A stretch of DNA of 60,067 nucleotides, the filler included, from Platydemus manokwari (lineage: Eukaryota): the NCBI GenBank assembly GCA_037951405.1. It is 5 parts of 5 records of this genome, joined end to end, with 100 filler letters (N's around TTAATTAATTAA, not from the genome) between each part and the next. Parts side by side here need not be neighbours in the genome. Positions count along the whole stretch, not along the records: positions 1 to 12,359 come from JBBMOY010173342.1; 4 more parts are not named here. The stretch is one strand, 5' to 3'. This document shows positions 1 through 12,459 of this stretch, piece by piece. The position numbers were made by a program, and so were the translations under genes. The notes below the pieces were generated by a model. The model had not been told where the DNA came from. It saw nothing but the letters and a program-made list of their open reading frames with translations, and searched no databases. Each line of letters opens with the position of its first letter. The first letter of the stretch is position 1.

Positions 1-3
1 ATT

Positions 4-327
4 ATGGCACATAAAACAACGAAAGAGGACCTAGTGGCATTCCTGGCAGTCCATTGCTCAGAGGATGCGGAATTGGAGAAAGAAATAAAAATGAATGATA
101 TTGTCGAATTACCGAAGATTAAGACGATAATTAAAAAGTTAGACGAACTAAGGGAGGTAAAGAGTGTGAGTGCTGTAACGTCGGATGATTGGATAACAAG
201 GCGTAAACCCAATCATAAGTCAAAGGTGCAAGTTAGGAGAATAGATACCAGAAATTGCTACAACTGTAACAAACCTGGTCACATAGCACGAAATTGTAAC
301 ACCCCAAATGGGTTACAATTACTTTAA
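4..327 (+). mobile_element. LTR-retrotransposon gag C-terminal fragment with CCHC zinc knuckle
   Basis: ORF ends in CYNCNKPGHIARNC (Cx2Cx4Hx4C) preceded by a basic linker. No pol follows and it lies at the window edge. Confidence 0.75.
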
Positions 328-1830
328 CTGTTGTATTAAAATTACCTTTGTTAGGCGCACTATTTTATAAAGAATGCGTTTAAAAAGAACTGGAAAGTCA
401 AGACATATATTGTATATATTTAACCACAATTATTTAAACAAATAAATATCCTTTGATATCAATTTATAAAATCTTTTAAATAAAAAATTTAAAATCCTGA
501 CAACATTAATTAAATTATCAGTTACAAACAATATAATTACTGTGATATTCGCATAGTAATTTTATGATTGCATTTATTGATGTTGAACGGGTATTACTTC
601 AGTAAGAATAAATTATTAATATATACTGTGTCAAAATTATATATTAAATTATACAAAATTATAATTAAAAAAGTGATATAAAAATATTTTAAAAATCCCA
701 TATCAACGCAAAGGTGTTAGTTCGTACATACAATGGAGTTCAATTAGGTGATTGCGGTATATTTAAATCAACAAGATATTAATGATGATTCAAACCCTTA
801 ATGAATAAGCATTTAGAAGCCGATAATTAATGTTTCCACCGAGGATCTGACAACTACCACGTTTGGGCCTCATTGATTTGATCATATTATTAATCTTATT
901 TCTGTTTGATATAACCATTGTCTTGATCACTCTAAAAGAGTTCTTGATTAAGGCCACGGGTGTAATCTACCTTATTTTGTATAATTGTGTGAGGCAACAG
1001 TGATATAGCTTAACTAGTCTCAATTTATATTCCATATTTGAATTCTAAAAGTCGATGACACTAACTATGATGAGCAATGATTATTGATCCCTATTTAATC
1101 AATGACTAAGACTTGTTTATTATTAAATAACAATGATACAAACTGGCTTACAAATAAAATAATAAAATAAAAATTACAAATTGATTTTAATACTCCTCGA
1201 TTCATCAAAAATTACAACAGACTTTAACAGCTCCTTGGAACAAGTACTATTTAACAGACCCTATACTCTTGGAGAAAAACCAATTACCTCCGGAATTTGA
1301 GGTGGAGCTTGATAATATGAGAACAATTATAAAATTATGGTATTGATCAATATGCATTGAATGCATAAAAACACAATTGTTATAAAAATCGATATACAAC
1401 ATCTTGCAAAGTTTAGTTTTATTAAGTTATTTTTGCAAAATCCCCTAACTAATAGATAATTAGGTGCGTGCTGCTAATATAAATAAACATCAATAAACAA
1501 TATGGTACTTTTATTGATTATAATAATTAACAAATGTACTAGCGTGATTTTTAAAGAAGCATTGTTGTGACCTCAAGAATGAAAAATCGACGGAGGGCAC
1601 TATGTTACACCTTGCTTTGATGTAAAAACTGTAGAAGTATTTGATTTTAAACTCCAACAAATTCCAATCAGACTTTGTAGAGAACGCAATTAATATTTAT
1701 TGACTAATCTCCTGTCGAAGACTAATCAGAATGAACTGATAATAAATATTTGCCTTGGTATATAATTTGAAAAATTATAAAAATTTTAATATCAAACGGA
1801 TTTTGATATTAGCTGAATTATGAATGTATA

Positions 1831-1918
1831 AATTGAAATTTGTTCTGACTGTGTTACAAAGGTTCAATTGAAATTTGTTCTGACTGTGTTACAAAGGTTC
1901 AATTGAAATTGATTCTGA
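1831..1918. repeat. 35-bp tandem duplication (2 exact copies + partial third)
   Basis: aattgaaatttgttctgactgtgttacaaaggttc at 1831 and 1866, with a partial degenerate copy at 1901. Confidence 0.95.
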
Positions 1919-4900
1919 TAGATTTCTGAATGACTTAATTAAAATCACGTGAGTCCGATTGACTCAAAATATGTGGGGAATTTTTGTGCAAATGACTGCT
2001 GATTGCTTTTAAACTGTTTCAGATTGTGAGCTTTTCTAGGAGTTTTCTATAGCAATTCTCCAAGTTACCATGGTGATTTAATATTTAAATTCGAATCACT
2101 ACACTTATACATACTGCTTCCACGACAACATGGATAAATTATGATTGCTCATTTATTTTCAAGAAGTCTTATTTTCACCGACAGTGTAATTTTATATTTG
2201 TAGAAAATTTTATATTTATTAATAATTATGCATGTTTTATTTATTATTATTATTATATGACGTAACTGTATTCATTATTCTATATCCATATTGCCAGACA
2301 TTATCTAACAGTGATATCTGAAAATTTGAACTACAGAGAATCACAGGCTCAACTAGTCAGCAGTCAAAATTAAAATTCCTAAACAACACAACAATAAATT
2401 ATCACTTAAGGTGGGATCAGTATCCAAACATGGAATACAGTGCAGAAGACAACCAAGATGACTAGCTGTCAGAAAAGTTACACAAAAGCCACAAAACAGA
2501 ATGAAGGTAATCGACTAAAAAAGATTGGCAGGTAACCGTGAAATTTAACTCTTTTTATAGACTTATTGTGTGTTCTCCCTTGATGTTCTAGAGCTTCGTT
2601 TTTCATTTGATAAATTCGTTCAAACATCAATATGTTAGCAATTCCTCTTACATTTCTCATGTCATTGGTGAATATCAATATTTGTTGCCTTCTATTGGTA
2701 TGCACCAGTCGATTATTAAAGTTTAATTAAGTAAAAGAAGGTTTTAAGTGTATGTTTGTCAGGTGACAAAATGACAACAAAAAATGCAAAATTGTGACTT
2801 AATATCCACTGGACGGATATTGGAAACCAAAACGGGATGTCTGTAATGGAGGTTTAATAATAATTTTACGTTATGAAATGCTAAAAACTTTTAAAATCGA
2901 TTGATAATTGAGTGGTGCAACGACATAAGGAAATAGAAAAATGTTATTCACGGTAGTAAAAATTGGAAAAGTTGTCCTTCTGATGAATGTTAACGCATTC
3001 TAATATCATCAAATTTATCAAAATTCTCTGGAAAACGCCGACTGTCTTACCCCCCGTGAACTGTTGAATGGTAATGTAATTATCTGAACTCTCTTTATAC
3101 ACTGTTTCACTGTACCATCGTTATGTCATTTTGATATTGCATCTCTTTATTGGGTTTCGGGGCCTATGATAATTTTTTAATCCGTTAGTAATTGCATAGA
3201 TTAATGTATAATTTTTATTATTGAATGAAATTTTAATGTAAAACTTTTTTATGAAAATTAGTGGAGATTTTGTGACCAACAGGAATATAATATAACATAA
3301 TATAATATCATATCATATCATATCGTTTAAACCCCAATTTATAATCCCCATAATTAATAAAAAACCCAACATTTTTATAATAAATTTAAAACCATTAAAA
3401 TTACCTTATAATAAATTCACTCATTAAGTCCACACATGGTGAATTTATCCATGAAATAATCAAGCCGAATAAGTCAACGGGCACAGTGAATAAAATATGA
3501 AACTAGAATAAATTAATATCCAATCATTAAATACATTAACTTGTATTTAATCGGGGAGAATTTCTCTCTGCACGATAAAATCTGGTGCATTAAACATATA
3601 TACACTGCATTAAATAAAATTAACAGAGAATATCAGTGAGTGACTCACCACCACTTATATAAGCCAGTAACCCCAATTAGCACCGTACAATAGTTTTATA
3701 AGAAGAACCAGAACGTAACATCCAAGATCATTCATTGCTGGGACCGAGATTACGATATACCCTCATATTATTTAATTTATCACACATTTTCGATTATTAA
3801 ATATCATATGACCTTAATTTTAAGTCTTCTTTCAGTTTGACAATTTTATACAACCTTTTGATAAAAGACAAAGGTCATAAATAAAGACATAAATAATTAA
3901 TACACATTCGTAAACCATAATTATTTAAAAAATGAAAAACAAATATTTATAAATTATTATTAAAATCTGGTTAAAATCACAGCGAATCAAACAGTTTTAA
4001 TTATAATATCACTGTAAATAAAAGCTAGTTTAAATTTAAATTATCAGTTATAATTGCATTGGAACTGAGATGATCAGAATTGGAAATTGGAGTTTGGAAT
4101 GCTGGAATACTGGTACATGAGGTGTTGTGAATGATTTATGTATAAACGGAATCGGAAAATGAATTTTTTTTCTATTATAAAGTTATATATAAATGATTAT
4201 ATATAAATGATTTAAGTGCAAAATATTATTTTACTAAAAATCAAACTCAAATAAAATAATGCCAGAAAATGTACTAAGATTGAAACCTAATGAGTCAAAG
4301 AAATATTTCAAACGAAAATTGATAGTCAGCGAAAAAATTACTGGCCAAAAGACTGTTTGTATCTTGTATGAGAGAATTTTAGTGTGTTTATTGATCCATC
4401 TTGATTCGATTATTATATTTTTATAATCGTTCAAATTTCAGTCAAAGTTAATTGGTTAATTCTCTTCTTTGTATTTTTGCATAAGGACATTGGTTAATTG
4501 TTATGAGTGTGTGTCGAGCTACAGTAATAGTTTAACAATGGCTGTTGATTTGAAAGCCTTAAATTGGCTGCTAGCACATGTGTTTTCTGTTCATGTGTGC
4601 ACACCATTTTTAGAACTTATTTTATCATTGCGTTACAGCAGCAAATGAGGTATAAAAAAAATACAATGAGATATATTTAATTTCGAAATATAATTGCACA
4701 ATTTTTAAAGATGTTGTTGTTAAGGCGTTTTCACCAAGAAATAATAATTGGATAAGTAAAGAATAAGAGCAATAAAATACAATCATCAATCACTATATAT
4801 AAAATGAAAATGGCAATTCAAGTTGAATAGTAAGAGAATGCAAATAACCAGAAATTGGGATTAGATTTAATTGATTTAAAATTCCGTTGTTTTCAGCTTA

Positions 4901-6308
4901 TATTTGGATATAACTGATTTTAAGCAACGATTATTATGACAGTGACCATAGAAGATCTGTGGATCCACTAGAGACTTGAAGATGGTTAGAATTAGGAACC
5001 CCGCAACTATGTATTGGAACTTATTCTATTATGAGTTTGTTGATTAAATATTGTTTGATTGAGCTGGATTTAAGCCAAATAAATTGGTAATAGCAATTAT
5101 GCGAACCACGAATACAGATTGAAAATTATTAAAATACAAAGGGAAAATTTTTGGTCTAGATTAGCAAAAATTAAACAGGAACTTTGGAAAATCTTTGCAA
5201 TGACATTACAATTATCGTGTTCAATATGAATCGATTCCTTTTTTGTGCTCAAATTTCTTTTCTTCACTTGACCTGTGAGTTCGTTATAATTTTTTAGGTG
5301 TGTTTGGATGTCTTGTTCTTCTATTCATAAGGATTGGATTTCTTTGAATTACCTTTATGGTATTATAAAATATTTTTAATACTATTTTAGGTACAAATAC
5401 TGTAGTTTACTATTTTTAGATATTTTTAATCATTTGTCATATTTAAGGATTCAATTTAATCTAATTTTATATTTAATGGTTCTTATGTGTGTCTCGTTGA
5501 AAAATTATGTTATATATCATTATTATTGTGGGGCCTATTTTTAACAACAGTTTTATTTGATAATTCTAATATTATTCATCAACTAATGAAAACCCTGACC
5601 CTAGCATTTGGTTTTTACTGAATTATCATTTGATTTTTGTAGGAAATCTTCAATTGCACCTGATAACTGTCTTCATTAATTTTATTTTGTCTAATTTTTA
5701 ATATTTGATTTGAAAAATTATTTTACTTAATTAAACTAAAAAATAAAATATCGATGTTACTATTAAAATATATTTCGGATAAATAAAATCAAAAATTGAA
5801 TCAAACAAATCATCAAATGAAATATATTTTTTTAAATAAATTAAAGATGTTGTCAAACGATATTGTTTTGGATTATTGACCTTTACATTTTGTAATTTAT
5901 CATGAGATTTACATTTATTTTTAAGAATCTTCTGACGTTTGATTTTGATTATATTTTACTAAAATTATCTGACTTCTTGTTTAGGTTTCTTAGCCATATT
6001 AACTGTGAATTTAAGTCATACTAAAACCGCACAAAAAAGAAAAGCACGCCAAATCGGAGTTAGAGGTTAAATATTTTTATTTTAATTATTAATAGAAATC
6101 CATGAATTTTAAGAATAATAAATCCACAACAAATTAAAGTTTTATTAAGATTATAAAATCAATTAGATGTTTTTGACAATTTCGAATTAATTAATTAAGT
6201 TAAAATAATTAATTCAATATTTTTTGTACCGAATTCAACTGAAAGAAGTCATTTTAATTTGTTTTTATAAACAATAATAATGCAATTGAATAACTTCGTT
6301 TTAAAAAA

Positions 6309-6905
6309 ATGGAAAATTTCGAATGTTTAATTTGTCTACGTGAAATATCGACATCGATTTGTCAACTTGTTGAATGTGCACATGAGTTCTGTCTATCATG
6401 CATTGAACAGTGGTTTAAAGATTCCAATAAATGCCCCTTAGATACACAAATCGTTACAGAATATTTTGTTTTCGATAAACCTAATGGTGAATTAATCGAA
6501 CAACGTTTGGTAACTGATCCAAATGCTATTATTATCAATGATGATATCTTCATAGAAAATGTCCAAGATTTAAATGAAATTTTAGACGAATATTTTCAAT
6601 ATGCTTCAAGTGACGATGATGACGAGAATGATGATGAAGATTATTTTTATTCGGTAGGAGGATTTATTGTGGAAGACTTTAGTAGTGATACGGATGATGT
6701 TGATGACAATTTTGATATGGGCAGTTCAGAAAATGATGCCGATAACATAGGGAATGAAGAACTGGAAGTGAAAAATTGTGAATCAATGGATGAAAGTATT
6801 GGTAGTACTGTAGAAGGAAATGAAAATACAGAAGTGATGACGGGTGGCACCAGTGATAAAGAAAAACATGCCGATTTTGATATTGACGGTCAGCAGCAGG
6901 AATAA
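6309..6905 (+). CDS. C3HC4 RING-finger protein with acidic tail (putative E3 ligase, PHRF1/SCAF11/Topors-like RING)
   Basis: CLIC...CAHEFCLSCIEQW...CPLD RING motif at the N-terminus, D/E-rich C-terminus, single 198-aa ORF. Confidence 0.8.
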   Translation: MENFECLICLREISTSICQLVECAHEFCLSCIEQWFKDSNKCPLDTQIVTEYFVFDKPNGELIEQRLVTDPNAIIINDDIFIENVQDLNEILDEYFQYASSDDDDENDDEDYFYSVGGFIVEDFSSDTDDVDDNFDMGSSENDADNIGNEELEVKNCESMDESIGSTVEGNENTEVMTGGTSDKEKHADFDIDGQQQE

Positions 6906-7510
6906 AGGAAAATTATGCATAATATAATTTAATCCTTGAATTTTATCTGTTTTATAGTTTTTATAATATCACAGTTCAGTATTGATGGCGTTTTTTAAGG
7001 TGTTCCCATGATTTATAAATTAGGATACTCGTACCCACCAAAAATCTTACTCTTAGCAGTTAATTAAGTTGCATGTTAAATACGAATAGGATATCGAGTA
7101 ACAAGTCAAATGTGCAAATAGTGTTGTGAATGAGGACATTGTTGGGCAGAAAATACTGGCCACATGAAGTATGTGAATCCCGATTATAATCAAATAGAAG
7201 ATTTACGGCGAAGTATAGTATAAAATAAGACTGAAGACGAAAATTCTTCGTGTACAGTAAGGATAAGCATCTGCATGGTAAATATTCAATTTCTGTGAAA
7301 TTTCATCAATTTTTAAAAATATAAATTTAATTTAGATGGTATCAATGGGAAAATAGAATAGTAATCAATATTGAGCCGAGAAAGAAATATAGCGACTCTA
7401 AGACTAGTTTGAATAAATAAATCTTGTTTTTTAGTCTTGTTTTTTATATATAAGCATTCTTAGTTTTCTATTAGTGGTGAACATTCCTCCAAAATTCTGT
7501 TATCTTACAA

Positions 7511-7840
7511 CCAATGTTTCCTCTAATTTTGGCAATTTAATATGCGCAATATTTGGTGCTGTGCAAAGTATGACAAACGGAAATTAATTGTGTGCACTGT
7601 GCACACAAGAATGAGCATAAGACAAGAAAATAATTTATTCATTTTATAGACTGTTTATTTCTTTACAAGGCTAATAGCAGGGATACAATAAATTGTTGGA
7701 GATGATATTATAAACTACAATCAAATTATTACTTAAAGAACCGTGGGTTTGACTTTCTCACTCCAGTACTTTGTTCTTAGTAAGAAACTTTTGTGAGCTG
7801 ACGTTTTACAACTGTGCACACCTGTTTCGTCCAACTAATT
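7511..7840 (-). mobile_element. Non-autonomous hAT derivative (MITE-like)
   Basis: Reverse complement matches both ends of the hAT copy at 38.6-39.5 kb (e.g. aaaacgtcagctcacaaaagtttcttactaagaacaaagtact vs 38694; aaaattagaggaaacattggt vs 39496) and lacks the transposase part. Confidence 0.7.
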
Positions 7841-8204
7841 ATTTAAAAATGATGTTTATTCATTGATATATCACATATATTGAATCACTAATTATTATCA
7901 TAGTATATATATAAAATGTTATTGCTCTCAAATAGTTTTAAAGAGGCATACAAATATCACATCAACAATATTAATTAACTCAATAACCTAAGCTTTTACA
8001 TGACACAAGTATTGATTATAGTAAAAAAAAATGCATAATAACCACAATAAAACAAAGCTTAAACAACATTTATTGATTAATCCAATAATCGAATAATCCA
8101 ATTCAATAAAATAGAAACAAAAAGCCAATCATATAAAAATCAATATTTGTATTAAATGCAAAGAAGCGTTAAAAAATGATGAGGAAAAAATCCCCACAAG
8201 ATAA

Positions 8205-10446
8205 TTAAACAAGAAAGCTATTGCTGTTATCAGTTTCTGGATCTAAATTATTGAAATTCAATGCAGGAATCATGCTTCTCCTGGTAGTTGGCAAGATATT
8301 TTCTGTGTTGATATCACTGGTGATGTGATCGAATAAATTGGATTTCTTTCGAGTTGATGATATGATTCCATTGTTGTCATGGTTACCAGATGATATTTGA
8401 TTGGTCGATATTCCTGTTGCAGTTCCTGAGGTCAAATTATCAGAATTTGTGTCAAGATCGTCGAATAATTTCTTCTGAATGGATTTTCTCGCAACATTTT
8501 TACCAGTTTCATTATTATTCAAATATGACGGAAGTGGTGAAAGATTCGAATATAATTTTTCATGCCCATAACCACTGGATTTAATGAAATCTTGAGTATC
8601 CATATAAACGGTATCTTCACAGAAATATTGAGCTGGTTGACTGCCCAAGAAAGATCTCTGCTTGATTTTTGGCGAAAGCAAAATCGATGATGATGATTGC
8701 GATGTGTGTCGATTAACATGAGATTTTCGGACTTTTCTCTGTGCTGGTATTGGTGATTTTAAACATGATTTCAAAGGCGTTTTCGGGCTGCTTGTTTCAA
8801 TAACGGTGATCGATGGTGATAAATTGAAACGATTGTGAGATTTGATTGGTGAAAACAAATTCATTCGACGTGGGGACATTGTTTTCATTTGTTTGTGAGG
8901 TGATTTCAAATCGATATATTTATCATCAGCTGCTTTGACAGGACTGAAAAATGGGCGACATCTCTTCTTTGGTGTTTGTTTATTGGGAGTTCCGATTGAT
9001 TGGTTGACAACATCAATTGAATTTGATTGGTCCAAATTATCACACTGTTTGATTGGCGAATTAAATGCATCAAATAATCGCGATTGAAATCTCGTTGTCG
9101 GTATGGACGAAAAACTGATCGATTCATGAGATTCATTGGAAAATTGTGTCAGTGATCTTTCTTGATTTTCTTGTGCTTGAACCCAATAATCACATTTGCT
9201 GATGGGATTCGATCGTTTACGTAATTGGTTATCCGTTTTTGCAAGAGCCCGTCGCAATTTGCGTTGCATTGTTGGCGTACTGGGAGTGGATCGATTGGGA
9301 ATCGGGGAATTCTTAATGACAATCACTCGTCCATCGAGTTTCTTTTGGGCAGCCAACGCTGCTCGTGCATGTCGTGGACCGGATATGCGCTTGTAATTCG
9401 GTGTTTCCGGTACGAGACTTTTCCGTTTCGTGGATTCCGGCTTTTCTTTTTTCTTTGAATTGGATTTTCGTTTTTCGGGTTTCATTGAGATGAGAGATTT
9501 TCTGGTCGGTTTAATGGTTCGATTGTTGGCCAGCGACGTACCATACTCGAATACCATTCGAATATTTGCTCTAATTGTGTTCATTAATAAATAATACGAT
9601 CAAAATATACATATATATAATCACTTTTCTTCAGATTCAAGTCTTTTTAAATCAATTAGACTATGTCGTTTTTTGGCCTTAGATTTCTCGGTGCATTCTT
9701 TAATGTCGAAGCTCAAATACGATTCATCCGGTTCTTCTTCAACTCCAATGCCATCTGGTGATAATTCCGGTGGAAGATCAAGACCAATCATTTCATAAAT
9801 TTCAATTAAAACTGGTGAAAGCGTTTCATGGAAACTGATTTGAAAATTTTTATGGAAATATTTAATTAATTAAAATTAAACCTTAAAATAAAATTTTGCA
9901 TGAAAATCTTCCAATCGGTAATTTCCATCGTTATATTGAGAGTTGAAACAATATCGAATAACTTAACAACAATATAATTTTATTCGATTATTTTTCATTT
10001 ATAATTTGTATTACCCATGCTGTGAATTCTTCTTTAATCGTACCACTGAGTTCATAAGAAAAGTTTGACACCAGAAATGAATAAAATGATAAAAAGAAAC
10101 CTGCTTGATAAGCTAAACTAAAGTGTGGATGATATTTGTATGATAAAAACCATTAAATTTTACACTTTCACTATCAAATCGTCATCATATTTGTCCGTTA
10201 TTTCTGTTGATGTTAAACTAAAGTTATCGGTGGTGAACTTTATTAACTCATTAATATCTATATCCTAGTTCAAAATAAAATAATCAAAACTAATTTTTAT
10301 TAAATTACTTTTGGATTGTAAGTGAGGTAAGTTAGATCGTCGAATAGATTTTTACACGAATCTTTCAAATTGAAATATGAATACTCCACATTCATCAGTT
10401 GATCTTGTTTTGAGGTAAAGTCAATTTTCAATTTATCCCAATCCAT
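8205..10446 (-). CDS. TICRR: Treslin/TICRR (Sld3)-like replication initiation factor, 6 exons, 665 aa
   Basis: Exons 10446-10309, 10264-10164, 10117-10015, 9961-9882, 9834-9625, 9570-8205 with GT-AG introns of 44-54 nt join to 1998 nt in frame. The N-terminal part resembles the Sld3-Treslin domain (DFTSKQDQLMNVEYSY; DIVSTLNI...FMQNFILSFHETLSPVLIEIYEMIGLDLPPEL). Paired CDK sites VPETP and IKNSP are 32 residues apart, as for human T969/S1001. S/TP-rich disordered tail. Confidence 0.7.
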
Positions 10447-12359
10447 TATTTAAATTTAAATATTAAAAAAAAATCAAAAAATTAAAATATCATTAAATTA
10501 ACATATTAATTAAACAAATATTTAATCCCTATGTTTTAAATTGAAACTATCATAAACTTGTAAGGAATTATTCATATATTAAATAATTAAAAAAATTAAA
10601 TTAACTTAATAGTGTAACACGTTTTCATAGCATTTCTTAATTTTCATATAAGTTTAAATTTGAAAATTTCTAATAAACCAAATATTAATAATATTCTAAA
10701 TTTATAGATAGAATAATTGAATACAAAATACGATTACATATTTTTAGAAATATACAAAACTGCATGAAAAAGAAATTCAATCATCTAGTTTTTGATTTTT
10801 AATTAATTGTACCCTTTAATTAATTTAACGGCATCTATTTTCTATACTACTATTGATTTATTTATTCCTTGTGATTTGATGTATCGTTTGTTTGTTTATT
10901 TGTTTTCCGGTTTCTTCTTTCGTACATGACGTTAGAAACTACTGAATTTTTAAGCAATTTTTATATTCTTTAAGATTATAGTATTTGTTACACCTAATCA
11001 AATATCATATCATATCTTTTTGTAATTGTTAAGATTAATGCTATTTTACGTGGTTCACTCTATTAATTTTACTCTTCACGATTGAATATTCAATATTATT
11101 CAATACATCACACAAAAATTTTAATTTGACAAATAATAAATGACAAATAAAAATGTGTTGTCATTAAAGTGCTACAGAATTCTTAATCACAAAAATTGTC
11201 AACAAATCAGGGTTTGGACTGGATTTTATAGTGTGTTTAGTCAGAGTTGTTTTTACTAAAACTTTGGTAAATACAAAAATTTCGGTATTCAAGCGTTTTC
11301 ATTTATTCCTCATATTTTTGGAATATCTTAGTTGGTCTGTTGAGTCTTCTACTGTCTTGTGTCTGTTTGTGTGTTTGAGATAAATACTTACAATTTAACA
11401 TGTTTCTGATTCAACGATATCCATAATTTCACATATATGTATATGTTTGAAATTAAAATGGTATTTTTAAGGTTCCGGGGTGAAAAGGATCATTAATTTT
11501 CTTGGGAATATGTTAATTTAATAAGTTTTCAAATTTATAATAATTTTTAATTAATCAATTAAAACTTGAAATATTGATTGCTATTTCCTGATCAATAGGA
11601 GACTTTTTTGCTATTCTAGGATTATATAAACTAAAATTTATTTAAGCATAAGCATAAGTGTCTTCACGACGCGGGAGGTTTTCCTAGGTAGATTTGCCTC
11701 ATTTCTTATAAGCTTTTGAGAGTTGATGTTGTTTTTTTTGGTGATTTGTTATTGATTAGAAAGAGCCCATGACGAATTTTTCATCTTTCTTAAGTCGTTA
11801 TGAGCTTAGTACGTTTAGAAGGCGCCCCTCAGTAAGGCGGTAATTAAAAAACCAGGTATAAAGGTGATTTATCCAGACTGATATTTAATAGGACTTCTTT
11901 GTTCGTTTTGGGGTTGCTGGTTTTGATTTTTATCAGTCTCTATATTTAATTAGTTTACGGATCAGTGCTGACTTGATCAGTCTCCATGAGCTCTGACCAA
12001 CCCCTTAAGGTATACGAATTAAACCCTAATTTATTATCTTCTTTTTACACTTCGCTATCAATACTATATGGAGATAGTATGATAGGCAGCAAAGATCCAA
12101 TTGTTAACTTTATTAAAACTATTTTACAAGTCAGTCTCAATTACAATCAGTCTCAAATTATTCAATAATCCTATCCTATATCCTATTTGATCAACAACAC
12201 ATTGCTTTCGTTTACGATAACGTTTATTGATGATACAATGATTACAATTATACAACAATAACAATTTAATGGTTAAAACTATAGTATACAATTAATACAA
12301 TAACCTAAACGAATGACCTTACAAATTCAGGAAGTTCACGGTTACTTGTTTCAACTCGA

Positions 12360-12459
12360 NNNNNNNNNNNNNNNNNNNNNNNNNNNNNNNNNNNNNNNNN
12401 NNNTTAATTAATTAANNNNNNNNNNNNNNNNNNNNNNNNNNNNNNNNNNNNNNNNNNNN
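12360..12459. other. Artificial contig spacer (six-frame stop linker)
   Basis: 44 N + TTAATTAATTAA + 44 N, identical in 4 places. Confidence 0.97.

Noticed and set aside
1585-1695. DGGHYVT...VEVFD resembling a cysteine-protease His motif
   Set aside because: Too short, bounded by stops, and no catalytic Cys motif found.
1831-1918. 35-bp repeats of CRISPR-like length
   Set aside because: Directly adjacent with no spacers, in a eukaryotic context with no cas genes.
4240-6070. Possible hAT/BED fragments and exon-like pieces
   Set aside because: Motifs too degenerate, and no consistent spliced reading frame could be built.
8390-9458. Short ORFs overlapping the Treslin-like last exon
   Set aside because: Antisense or alternate-frame shadows of a real coding exon.
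12404-12415. TTAATTAATTAA palindrome recurring four times
   Set aside because: Always centred in N runs. It is an artificial six-frame-stop linker, not a biological motif.
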